Assembly (NCBI GenBank): GCA_965221365.1
Contig: OZ244884.1
Span: 773,493 to 837,492, forward strand
Direction of reading: 5' to 3'
From: Nitrospirales bacterium
GTDB taxonomy: Bacteria; Nitrospirota; Nitrospiria; Nitrospirales; UBA8639
DNA length: 64,000 nucleotides
The translations under genes were made by a program, and so were the position numbers. Positions 18,001-21,343 of this stretch are shown in pieces. Numbering within the stretch: the stretch's first letter is position 1; each line of letters starts with the position of its first letter. The notes beneath the pieces were generated by a model, which saw nothing but the letters and a program-made list of their open reading frames with translations, was not told the origin of the DNA and did no database searches.

Positions 18001-19964
18001 CTCAGCCCCGTCGGCGCGTTCGGGATCGGCAGCACCGGCGTCGCCGTGGTCGTGGCGGCCGTCCCGTCCCCGGCGGTGTTGCTGGCCCGCACGGCAAAGG
18101 TGTAGCCCGTACCATTGGTCAGGCCCGTCGCCGTAGTGGTCGTGGCCGTGCCGGCAAGGTCGGTCCAGGTGTCAGCAGCGACGAACGGCAGATTGGCGGT
18201 GGCCTTCCAGCGCACCTGCACCTTGTCAATCTCACTGGCGTTGGTCGGCAGCGTCCAAGCCAGGGTGGCCTCGGTGTCACCCGCCGTGGCGCTCAGTCCC
18301 GTCGGCGGGTCCGGGATCGGCAGCACCGGCGTCGCCGTGGTCGTGGCGGCCGTCCCGTCCCCGGCGGTGTTGCTGGCCCGCACGGCAAAGGTGTAGCCCG
18401 TACCATTGGTCAGGCCCGTCGCCGTAGTGGTCGTGGCCGTGCCGGCAAGGTCGGTCCAGGTGTCAGCGGCGACGAACGGCAGATTGGCGGTGGCCTTCCA
18501 GCGCACCTGCACCTTGTCAATCTCACTGGCGTTGGTCGGCAGCGTCCAGGCCAGGGTGGCCTCGGTGTCACCCGCCGTGGCGCTCAGTCCCGTCGGCGGG
18601 TCCGGGATCGGCAGCACCGGCGTCGCCGTGGTCGTGGCGGCCGTCCCGTCCCCGGCAGTGTTGCTGGCGCGCACGGCAAAGGTGTAGCCCGTGCCATTGG
18701 TCAGGCCCGTCGCCATAGTGGTCGTGGCCGTGCCGGCAAGGTCGGTCCAGGTGTCGGCAGCGACGAACGGCAGATTGGCGGTCGCCTTCCAGCGCACCTG
18801 CACCTTGTCAATCTCACTGGCGTTGGTCGGCAGCGTCCAGGCCAGGGTGGCCTCGGTGTCACCCGCCGTGGCGCTCAGCCCCGTCGGCGCGTTCGGGATC
18901 GGCAGCACCGGCGTCGCCGTGGTCGTGGCGGCCGTCCCGTCCCCGGCGGTGTTGCTGGCCCGCACGGCAAAGGTGTAGCCCGTACCATTGGTCAGGCCCG
19001 TCGCCGTAGTGGTCGTGGCCGTGCCGGCAAGGTCGGTCCAGGTGTCAGCAGCGACGAACGGCAGATTGGCGGTGGCCTTCCAGCGCACCTGCACCTTGTC
19101 AATCTCACTGGCGTTGGTCGGCAGCGTCCAGGCCAGGGTGGCCTCGGTGTCACCCGCCGTGGCGCTCAGCCCCGTCGGCGCGTTCGGGATCGGCAGCACC
19201 GGCGTCGCCGTGGTCGTGGCTGCCGTCCCGTCCCCGGCAGTGTTGCTGGCGCGCACGGCAAAGGTGTAGCCCGTGCCATTGGTCAGGCCCGTCGCCATAG
19301 TGGTCGTGGCCGTGCCGGCAAGGTCGGTCCAGGTGTCGGCAGCGACGAACGGCAGATTGGCGGTGGCCTTCCAGCGCACCTGCACCTTGTCAATCTCACT
19401 GGCGTTGGTCGGCAGCGTCCAGGTCAGGGTGGCCTCGGTGTCACCGGCCGTGGCGCTCAGCCCCGTCGGCGCGTTCGGGATCGCCAGCGTCGGGGTGGCC
19501 GTGGCAAGGGCATGGATGCTGTTGCCGACGCTATTGGTGGCGCGCACCTCGAAGGTGTAGGCCGTGCTGTTGGTCAGGCCCTCCACCGTGTGGCTCGTGG
19601 TCGTAGCGTTGCTGCCCGGAACGTCAGGCCAGTGCTGATTCAACGCACCAGCTTGGTAGCGAAACTGGTACTTGGTGATGGTGCTGTCACCCGGGTCGTT
19701 CCAGGTCAGGGTCACCTTAGTGTCGCCAGCAGTCGCAACGAAATTCGCCGGCTTGGCCGGCACGGATTGCGCCAGCAGCGACTGGGGGCTGAGTAGCACC
19801 AGGGCGAAGCCCAAGACCGGCCAGACCCATTGCAGGGGTCCATGCAGACTCAGGCAGCCTCGCCCGCCGCGCGTGCGAGATGGGGATTCTACGCCCGCCT
19901 TCATGGCAGCCGGGTTACCCCCCCCCCCGCTGATGCGATGGGGAAAATGTCCATTTCTACTCAT
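1..19964 (-). CDS. Giant secreted repeat-rich surface protein, 5' portion only (>=6,654 codons in window; 3' end lies left of position 1)
   Basis: ATG at 19964 (in-frame TGA 8 codons upstream; second in-frame ATG at 19904). No track ORF lies in this minus frame (top coordinate = 2 mod 3), as expected if it reaches the window edge without a stop. Hand translation at 19964-19500, 17459-17041, 15410-15276, 7778-7320, 1052-540 and 59-1 is stop-free. It reads as a signal peptide (..WVWPVLGFALVLLSPQSLLA/QS), then FN3-like units (AGDxxVTLxW..P....I.KYQ/VR........W.D.....T.HTVTGLTNGTxYxFxVRA.N..G), He_PIG-type Ig units (LP.ATGG.G.LTYSL.P..PAGL.FD...RTLTGTP....AT.YTYT.TD.DGD) and cadherin-like units (AKDFEVPTDNNTDNIYEYTLTATDDDSNSATVGVSITITNVNE). 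The long + strand track ORFs (e.g. 2847-7700) are its codon-aligned antisense. Confidence 0.85.
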   Translation of the reverse strand, partial: MSRNGHFPHRISGGGGNPAAMKAGVESPSRTRGGRGCLSLHGPLQWVWPVLGFALVLLSPQSLLAQSVPAKPANFVATAGDTKVTLTWNDPGDSTITKYQFRYQAGALNQHWPDVPGSNATTTSHTVEGLTNSTAYTFEVRATNSVGNSIHALATATPTLAIPNAPTGLSATAGDTEATLTWTLPTNASEIDKVQVRWKATANLPFVAADTWTDLAGTATTTMATGLTNGTGYTFAVRASNTAGDGTAATTTATPVLPIPNAPTGLSATAGDTEATLAWTLPTNASEIDKVQVRWKATANLPFVAADTWTDLAGTATTTTATGLTNGTGYTFAVRASNTAGDGTAATTTATPVLPIPNAPTGLSATAGDTEATLAWTLPTNASEIDKVQVRWKATANLPFVAADTWTDLAGTATTTMATGLTNGTGYTFAVRASNTAGDGTAATTTATPVLPIPDPPTGLSATAGDTEATLAWTLPTNASEIDKVQVRWKATANLPFVAADTWTDLAGTATTTTATGLTNGTGYTFAVRASNTAGDGTAATTTATPVLPIPDPPTGLSATAGDTEATLAWTLPTNASEIDKVQVRWKATANLPFVAADTWTDLAGTATTTTATGLTNGTGYTFAVRASNTAGDGTAATTTATPVLPIPNAPTGLSATAGDTEATLAWTLPTNASEIDKVQVRWKATANLPFVAADTWTDLAGTATTTTATGLTNGTGYTFAVRASNTAGDGTAVTTTATPLPPIPNAPTGLTTAAGEAEVTLSWTDPQNASITKYQVRYDVNVVDIPDSVSWADIPSSGASTTTHTVDNLTNGFLYAFQIRAVNAGGESDASDTVWEVPSINEVPPAPTIVSVGPGTNDTDLDVVWSWSKGNSCAVERYLVQYKKTGDAWQGNPLINNDVNSGSFEVVENLGNGVTNKRFTINQQTPINTNNPNEIAVTLDDTTYDARVLVHSFACDEWVGHLSDGLSGRPLYLLEKPSSFTATAGDAKVTLAATVVQRGPAILKWQYTYTGDDGTSLAWTDIADSASLSISGKDVTGLTNGTTYTFKVRGVHEQGEGAESDEVTVTPALAVPAAPTGLSATAGDTTVTLAWTLPTNASTIDKVQVRWKATANLPFVATDTWTDLAVTATTTTATGLTNGTGYTFEVRASNTAGDGTAATTTATPTLPIPDAPTNLTATAGDTTVTLNWTNPTNASTIDNLQVRYKATADLPFDDTTDTWTNLAPTVTTYTATSLTNGTGYTFAVRASNTAGNGAAATATATPRPDPAIQVAPATLEVDEGGSNTFDVTLAAAPTASVTVTVASDDTDVTVSPTPLTFTATNYSTAQTVTVNMAASPTDGTATLTLTAAGGNYAGLTATVAVTANALPSFGTQTIPDQTYTQGTAITTLNLPQATGGDGTLTYSLSPVLPAGLAFSASSREITGTPTVPQAATEYTYTATDADGDPVTLTFDIRVAATLTIGDVADADQAENAAYTGNATLTGTPVGNITWSLTGDDANANGFVLSNATNTGATVTLTAKDFEVPTDNNTDNIYEYTLTATDDDSNSATVGVSITITNVNETATLTLTGLADASVSENQAYTIDATLVGALGAVTWTLGGADAGEFTLPAANQSQTGARVSLAARDFESPTDSDTSNTYEYTLTATDANTNTVTSAAYTVTVTDVDEAPAKPANLTATAGDTEVTLTWANPNDSTITKYQVRYGAGSTVPATATWGDITGSGATTTTHTVDTLTNGTTYAFQVRAVVGTANGPDSDTVTATPRPDPAIQVSPATLEVDEGGSATFDVTLAAAPTASVTVTVASDDTDVTVSPTSLTFTATNYNTAQTVTVNMAASPTDGNATLTLTAAGGNYAGLTATVSVTANALPTFGTQTIPDQTYLQNSAITQLDLPQATGGDAPLTYTFTPTAPAGLTFDATARTLTGTPTTAQGATEYTYTVTDGDGDVAELKFNITITADNLPDFGTQTIADQTYLQNSAITQLDLPQATGGDAPLTYTFTPTAPAGLTFDATARTLTGTPTTAQAATEYTYTVTDGDGDTASLTFNITIEAPPAPAAPTGLAATAGDTTVTLNWTDPSDTSITKYQVRYGAGSTVPATATWDDIDPSDDQTTSHVVTGLTNATQYAFEIRAVNANGNSDASSTVTATPALAVPDAPTNLTAFVGGNQVTLSWTNPTNASSLTNLQVRYKATADLPFDDTTDIWTNLPATRTYFDAYNLTESTEFRFQVRATNSAGNGEASEVSVTTGTVPGVEDITRHMPTTSPTNADTLTWQVVFSELVLYGQAGGPGAYEVAYDPPIANAPTLVANRLGAARRCRIRGDAGLAFSVELYGGDLANYNGTVTMTLKSDGVIRNCASVAVRDRTPTGTNDNTFVVDNVAPTVAITGVSGTVTAAVDATFTFSEPVTGFELGDITLTNADATEFAQSGTGAGAVYTAKITPKDAGEFSVGVAAGAAQDAAGNDNAAATTVTAQYNPAPSFAAGVTIADQTYAQNAAIATLNLPEATGGNGTLTYSLAPAAPAGLAFDATARTLTGTPTTAQSATAYTYTATDADGDTASLTFNITVTADTQAPRVASIVRHDPPTSPTNAVTLTWRVTFSEAVVNVSDDDFHVRGTDGTETATAVGTDGTTWDVNVAGGNLVVLAGTVNLEFVQGQDIEDTAGNALTDTTPTGTNDDTYLLDRTPPHVTSIHRYDSETGNTDAKSPTNRDSVQWAVQYNESMRHSGAGSAAAYTVTFVPAITQEPTLTVTPGADDPNTCGVYAPYVVNISGGALAGYNGTATLTLNHAEVTDCVGNTLRDRTPPRGNQITYELDNTVPTVAITGVSGTVNAAVDATFTFSESVTGFEAGDITLTNADASDFAQPDPAAPVYTAKITPKAAGEFSVAVAASVAQDAAGNDNAAATTVTAIYKELEPPAKPRNFTAVAGDTEVTLIWADPGDDSITKYQIFDFESAGIDLWDDIPGSGADTITHTVTGLTNGTEYTFQIRAVAGSLPGDASDAIKATPQVAVPDAPENLTATAGDRSVSLSWDLPTNASVLDKVQVRHQARGETTWEPWTDLAADATTHTVTNLKNGQDYLFEVRAESASGTGPAARTAGRPELAVPGAPTGLSATAGNAEVDLNWTLPTNTSEIVTVQVRWKATVDLPFDDARDAWTDLPSSAATSHKVTGLTNGTGYTFQVRATNKAGNGEPATGAATPRAPPLVTPGAPTNLSTVPGDTEVVVLWTLPTNTSQIDSVELRHKVKTAPDTGWSAWTSLAGTAERSRVTGLVNGTDYLFEVRAVNTAGTGPSASVEGTPKLAKPSAPSNLQASAGDTQVTLTWDLPDKGTVDTIDVRHKKKTDTSWSQWTLLAKDATTHTETGLDNGVSYEFEVRATNTAGSSDSVAVAAQPKLAVPDAPGNLTAAAGDGAVALTWDLPTNTSEIDKMQVAYRESGAANYLPWVDLAKDATSYDVTGLTNGTEYNFIVRALNGAGRGAEAKVDATPEAGPGKVPSAPADLAATAGDTQVTLTWTHARDNSITKYQVRYIEGASVPDSEPWTDIAGSNAGTTGHTVTGLANGKQHAFEIRAVNADGPGAASAVTATPKLAIPDAPGNLTAAPGDGKVGLTWDLPTNTSEIDRMQVAYKLKSAANFQPWVDLAKDATSYEVTGLTNGTEYTFIVRALNGAGRGAVAEVDATPVAVPTAPTGLAAAPGDTQVVLSWTLPTNSGALTKVQARHKADTAKQWQAWVDLAANATTHTVTGLTNGELYNFEVRAENASGPGAAASVSATPVPPLVAPGAPTKLSAVPGDTEVVVLWTLPTNTRQIDSVELRHKVKMAPDTGWSQWTSLAGTAERSRVTGLVNGTDYLFEVRAVNAAGTGPSASVEGTPQLAKPSAPSNLQASAGDTQVTLTWDLPDKGTVDTIDVRHKKKTDTAWSLWTLLAKDATTHTETGLDNGVTYEFEVRASNLAGSSDSVAVAAQPKLAVPEAPTSLTATAGNAQVELSWTLPTNASVIGAVQVRWKATADLPFTASDAWTDLAGTATAYTATGLTNGTGYTFEVRATNTAGDGPAATVAATPMAPPTQARTLTYTFSDNGSTVTIAASGSLDASSFNFDRVGVPADLSRIRMNDTEIWGIHPPNSIPIKRYDSLPDFVTTGETSYGGTSELENMVNYSSSYYIRFSTYSKYLEMDSANFTGDIYQIANGAATFDGTLQSTLGDNDFDIEFAIGNQKIVFQTANPATVPNAPTGLAATAGNAQVDLAWTNPNDSNITRYQVRYGAGSTVPTTANWEDITGSGAGTTSHTVSGLTNETEYAFEIRAVNARGNSAASDTATATPEADTTPSFGTETIADQNYTRNTAIATLTLPEATGGNGTLTYSLTPNAPAGLNFDATNRTLTGTPTATQNATAYTYTVTDADGDTASLTFNIAVAPPNNPPVVDKAIPDAELNEGKSGTVDLSAVFSDPDKDPLTFSAVSSDTTQVTVAVNGSTLTYTSVSAGKPTVTVTADDGRGGTVSTTFTVTVHGLPNDPPIVAKEIEDLTLSVGESRDVDVSLVFNDPDKDPLTYTASSDDTSKATVTVKDATVTVVGVAAGTSTVTVTADDNKAGTVDDEFVVTVEADVAPSFGTETIADQTYTQNTAIATLNLPEATGGNRTLTYSLTPNAPAGLNFDATNRTLTGTPTATQNATAYTYTATDADGDAVSLTFNIAVAPPNNPPVVDKAIPDAELNEGKSGTVDLSAVFSDPDKDPLTFSAVSSDTTQVTVAVNGSTLTYTSVSAGKPTVTVTADDGRGGTVSTTFTVTVHGLPNDPPIVAKEIEDLTLSVGETRDVDVSLVFNDPDKDPLTYTASSDDTSKATVTVKDATVTVVGVAAGTSTVTVTADDNKAGTVDDEFVVTVEADVAPSFGTETIADQTYTQNTAIATLTLPEATGGNGTLTYSLSPNAPAGLNFDATNRTLTGTPSAVQDATQYTYTVTDADGDTASLTFNITIAKAVEPPAKPRNFTAVAGDTEVTLIWADPGDDSITKYQIFDFESAGIDLWDDIPGSGADTITHTVTGLTNGTEYTFQIRAVAGSLPGDASDAIKATPQVAVPDAPENLTATAGDRSVSLSWDLPTNASVLDKVQVRHQARGETTWEPWTDLAADATTHTVTNLKNGQDYLFEVRAESASGAGPAARTAGRPELAVPGAPTGLSATAGNAEVDLNWTLPTNTSEIVTVQVRWKATVDLPFDDARDKWTDLPSADATSHKVTGLTNGTGYTFQVRATNTAGNGEPATGAATPRAPPLVTPGAPTNLSTVPGDTEVVVLWTLPTNTSQIDSVELRHKVKTDPDTGWSQWTSLAGTAERSRVTGLVNGTDYLFEVRAVNTAGTGPSASVEGTPELAKPSAPSNLQANAGDTTVTLTWDLPDKGTVDTIDVRHKKRADTSWSQWTLLAKDATTHTETGLDNGVPYEFEVRASNTAGSSDSVAVAAQPKLAIPDAPGNLTASAGDGAVALTWDLPTNTSEIDKMQVAYRESGAANYLPWVDLAKDATSYDVTGLTNGTEYNFIVRALNGAGRGAEAKVDATPEAGPGKVPSAPADLTVTVGDTKVTLAWTQSRDSSITKYQFRYAEGASVPGTESWTDIAGSGAGTTGHEVTGLTNDTLHAFEVRAVNADGAGAASAVTATPQVAVPDAPDNLTATAGDRSVSLSWDLPTNASVLDKVQVRHQARGETTWEPWTDLAADATTHTVANLKNGQDYLFEVRAESASGTGPAARTAGRPELAVPSAPADLAATAGDTQVTLTWTHARDNSITKYQVRYIEGASVPDSEPWTDIAGSNAGTTGHTVTGLTNGKQHAFEVRAVNADGAGAASAVTATPKLAIPDAPGNLTAAPGDGKVGLTWDLPTNTSEIDRMQVAYKLKSAANFQPWVDLAKDATSHEVTGLTNGSEYTFIVRALNGAGRGAVAEVDSTPVAVPTAPTGLAAAPGDTQVVLSWTLPTNSGVLTKVQARHKADTAKDWEAWVDLAANATTHTVTGLTNGELYNFEVRAENASGPGAAASVSATPVPPLVAPGAPTKLSTVPGDTEVVVLWTLPTNTRQIDSVELRHKVKMAPDTGWSQWTSLAGTAERSRVTGLVNGTDYLFEVRAVNTAGTGPSASVEGTPQLAKPSAPSNLQASAGDTTVTLTWDLPDKGAVDTIDVRHKKKTDTSWSQWTLLAKDATTSTVTSLDNGVTYEFEVRASNLAGSSDSVAVAAQPKLAVPDAPTSLTATGGNTQVELSWTLPTNASVIGAVQVRWKATADLPFTASDAWTDLAGTATAYTATGLTNGTGYTFAVRATNTAGNGEAATAAATPMAPSTPARTLTFTFSDDGSTVTIAGSGSLDVSGFGNPSNTTLRLGSGIEGIQFNDSARWQIHPPNLDSTPVSRFSSLPNITTTGLNTYSGTSQYESPSNYNRDFTFWLGTFYGELEIDQANLTGNTYDLTGKNVTFSGTLLSTLGDNDFHIELAIGNQKIIFKATPPPPVPAAPANLAAAPGDTEVTLSWNNPNDSSITKYQLRQAQGATVPGSTAWADITGSGAGTTSHTVTGLTNGQQYAFQIRAVNNAGNSDASDTVTATPRVDTDPSFGTETIADQNYTRNTAIATLTLPEATGGNGTLTYSLSPNAPAGLNFDATNRTLTGTPSAVQDATQYTYTATD
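543..1007 (-). other. Unrecognised ~155-aa module inside the giant protein, copy 1 (visibly lower GC than flanking FN3 units)
   Basis: Hand translation: TLTFTFSDDGSTVTIAGSGSLDVSGFGNPSNTTLRLGSGIEGIQFNDSARWQIHPPNLDSTPVSRFSSLPNITTTGLNTYSGTSQYESPSNYNRDFTFWLGTFYGELEIDQANLTGNTYDLTGKNVTFSGTLLSTLGDNDFHIELAIGNQKIIFKA. It matches no motif I recognise. Confidence 0.7.
1000..5045 (-). repeat. Segmental duplication copy A (block of about 14 FN3 units)
   Basis: Track ORFs recur in copy B at constant offsets: 1402/8164, 1675/8437, 2368/9130 (offset 6762) and 3220/9409, 3691/9880, 3964/10153, 4261/10450, 4573/10762 (offset 6189). Copy A has 573 extra bp. This equals the distance between two copies of TCGGCGGGCGCGGACGG at 2719-2735 and 3292-3308. 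Confidence 0.85.
5100..6780 (-). repeat. Two tandem copies of an 840-bp block (one He_PIG-like unit plus two Ig/cadherin-like units)
   Basis: Track ORF pairs 5299/6139, 5506/6346 and 5713/6553 are all offset by 840 bp. The first pair is identical and the second differs by one residue. A third partial He_PIG-like copy follows at about 6780-6990, and another lies at the window start (1-210). Confidence 0.85.
7320..7769 (-). other. Unrecognised ~150-aa module inside the giant protein, copy 2
   Basis: Hand translation: TLTYTFSDNGSTVTIAASGSLDASSFNFDRVGVPADLSRIRMNDTEIWGIHPPNSIPIKRYDSLPDFVTTGETSYGGTSELENMVNYSSSYYIRFSTYSKYLEMDSANFTGDIYQIANGAATFDGTLQSTLGDNDFDIEFAIGNQKIVFQ. The ends are conserved with copy 1 and the centre has diverged. 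Confidence 0.7.
7760..11235 (-). repeat. Segmental duplication copy B (block of about 12 FN3 units)
   Basis: See copy A. Translations of 4573.. and 10762.. are identical over 158 codons (about 474 bp). Similarity ends at about 5045/11235, where the flanks diverge. Confidence 0.85.
13790..14350 (-). repeat. Two tandem 279-bp He_PIG-like units
   Basis: Track ORFs 13720-14052 and 14065-14331 end 279 bp apart and share a near-identical 70-residue C-terminal translation. Confidence 0.8.
14340..14690 (-). repeat. Dispersed duplicate of an Ig-like module (partner at about 15840-16190)
   Basis: Track ORFs 14506-14751 and 16003-16245 (offset 1497 bp) share nearly identical translations over about 60 residues. 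Confidence 0.75.
15840..16190 (-). repeat. Dispersed duplicate of an Ig-like module (partner at about 14340-14690)
   Basis: See partner feature. Confidence 0.75.
17815..19560 (-). repeat. Six tandem 291-bp (97-codon) near-identical FN3 units
   Basis: Out-of-frame track ORFs end at 18105, 18396, 18687, 18978, 19269 and 19560 (constant 291-bp spacing). Translations of 18115-18396 and 18406-18687 are identical. 17818-18105 and 18691-18978 differ by one residue, which suggests an 873-bp (3-unit) higher-order repeat. Confidence 0.9.
19918..19928 (-). repeat. G11 homopolymer (C11 on + strand) in the 5' end of the giant gene
   Basis: Read directly: ..gggttaCCCCCCCCCCCgctgatg.. on + strand. Sense-strand position is +37..+47 relative to ATG 19964 and -24..-14 relative to ATG 19904. 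Confidence 0.9.
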
Positions 19965-20030
19965 ATTGTGAACTCTTTTGCCCAGTCACAGCGTTGCTCT
20001 CGTTGCTCAGTCGCCCTCCTAGTCCACACC

Positions 20031-20083
20031 AACGCATTTGCGTTATATTTTCGTTGAAAATATGCACACTTAGCTGAAAATAT
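20031..20083. promoter_or_regulatory. Candidate regulator-binding sites in the AT-rich region upstream of the giant gene
   Basis: Perfect 14-bp palindrome AACGCATTTGCGTT (20031-20044). Two copies of TGAAAATAT lie 20 bp apart (20055-20063, 20075-20083). I could not assign a convincing -35/-10 pair. Confidence 0.3.
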
Positions 20084-20330
20084 CACTTTTACCAACCTTA
20101 GGGCAAGTCCTTAGGAAAAAATTCTTCAGGAACAATTGATGACATTTTTTGGGCCTCCTGCCTCAACGTGTGCTCGCCCACGGGGGCTGTTGCCCTCCCA
20201 GCGGACGCCCATCTCGCTTGTGGCGGACAGACAGCCGCGTCTGCCGTACGCCATCGGATGCCATAGACGTGTCAGGATCTACGGCCATGGGTGACGGTGG
20301 GACGCGCGGTGCTTGGCAACCGTCTGGCCC

Positions 20331-20678
20331 TCATGGTGTTGGTTGCTCTTTCGTACATTGAAACCGGATGCCCCACCGAGATTCGGTCAGGATTTCCGCG
20401 CCCCCCATGCCCTCGACCATTCGCTGGCGGCCTTTTGCTTTGCCTTCCTTGAGCACCTGATACGGGCCACGACACGCCTCGCGCATCTTTTCAAAGGCCT
20501 TCGCGCGGTTGGATGAGCGCAGGTGCCCCTCCTCTCCCTTGTAGACGTACGTGACGACCCCGGAGTCAGGGCTTTCTCGAATGACCCGAACCGCGCCTTC
20601 ACACCCCGGAAGCCCCATCATGAGCCCCATCAACACGAGGCACGCTCCTGCTCTTGACCGCGTTCCGAACGTGGGCAT
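20331..20678 (-). CDS. Small lipoprotein of unknown function
   Basis: The track ORF 20331-20720 starts at GTG. The first ATG (20678) gives MPTFGTRSRAGACLVLMGLMMGLPGC.., a signal peptide with a lipobox (LPGC). The start is uncertain because neither candidate has a clear SD. Confidence 0.6.
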   Translation of the reverse strand: MPTFGTRSRAGACLVLMGLMMGLPGCEGAVRVIRESPDSGVVTYVYKGEEGHLRSSNRAKAFEKMREACRGPYQVLKEGKAKGRQRMVEGMGGAEILTESRWGIRFQCTKEQPTP

Positions 20679-20744
20679 AGGATGTTTCAGTAGCCGCAAT
20701 GGTTGTTGATGCTCCTCCACATTCGTCAGACAGGGAGGTTCTTC

Positions 20745-21173
20745 ATGAAAATCCGGACGATCCTTTCCCGTATCATCGGGCTTTCACTCGGCCTGGTTCT
20801 GCTCGGCGGTTCCGTATCGGCTCACCCAACGTACGTCCTCAGCGTCCAGGAACTGAATCGCGGGCTCCAAAAAGCTCCGAGCCTCCAGCAGAAAGGGTTT
20901 TTTCTTGTCGACGTTCGCACCGAAGAGGAACACCTGACTGGCTTTATTCCGGGCACCGACCGCAACATCGATTTTCGCGAGATCGATCAGCGCCACCAGG
21001 AAATCGGAGCCGGGTTCACGGATCATATCGTCGTGTATTGTCAATCCGGGCACCGGAGCAACATTGCCGCCAACACGCTGGCCGGGCTTGGATACCAAAA
21101 CGTGTATAACGTCGCAGGAAGCATGAACGCCTGGAACGAGGCCGGGTATCCGGTGGACTTTCCCCAGCGATGA
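20745..21173 (+). CDS. Secreted single-domain rhodanese (sulfurtransferase-like)
   Basis: The track ORF starts at TTG 20703. ATG 20745 is preceded by GGGAGG. The product has a signal peptide (MKIRTILSRIIGLSLGLVLLGGSVSA) and the rhodanese active-site loop CQSGHRS. Confidence 0.8.
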   Translation: MKIRTILSRIIGLSLGLVLLGGSVSAHPTYVLSVQELNRGLQKAPSLQQKGFFLVDVRTEEEHLTGFIPGTDRNIDFREIDQRHQEIGAGFTDHIVVYCQSGHRSNIAANTLAGLGYQNVYNVAGSMNAWNEAGYPVDFPQR

Positions 21174-21343
21174 ATGTTGTCCTCTCTGCCGGTGTTTCCG
21201 GGGCGGCATGCGGCCCTCACCCCGGCCCTCTCCCTGAGGGAGAGGGAGCATAACCCAGCGGAGCCGGTGCTCTCCCATCAGGGAGAGGGAGCTGAGAGGG
21301 AGCTTGATCCGGCCCTCCGAACAGGCCCGGATGGCTCGCCGCT

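Noticed and set aside
342-19796. Very long + strand ORFs in the track (e.g. 2847-7700 at 1,617 aa, 9285-11906, 11913-14369, 15558-17327, 17550-19796) that might be taken as genes.
   Set aside because: Their translations are low-complexity R/G/A/V-rich strings with no motifs. Their starts are all 0 mod 3, which makes them the codon-aligned antisense of the minus-strand frame that translates into FN3/Ig/cadherin-like modules with a signal peptide. High GC keeps the antisense frame open.
1-19964. Diversity-generating retroelement or other targeted hypermutation as the source of variation between the repeated modules of the giant gene.
   Set aside because: No reverse transcriptase gene or template/variable repeat pair with adenine-specific differences was seen in the window. 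The variation looks like ordinary divergence plus recombination.
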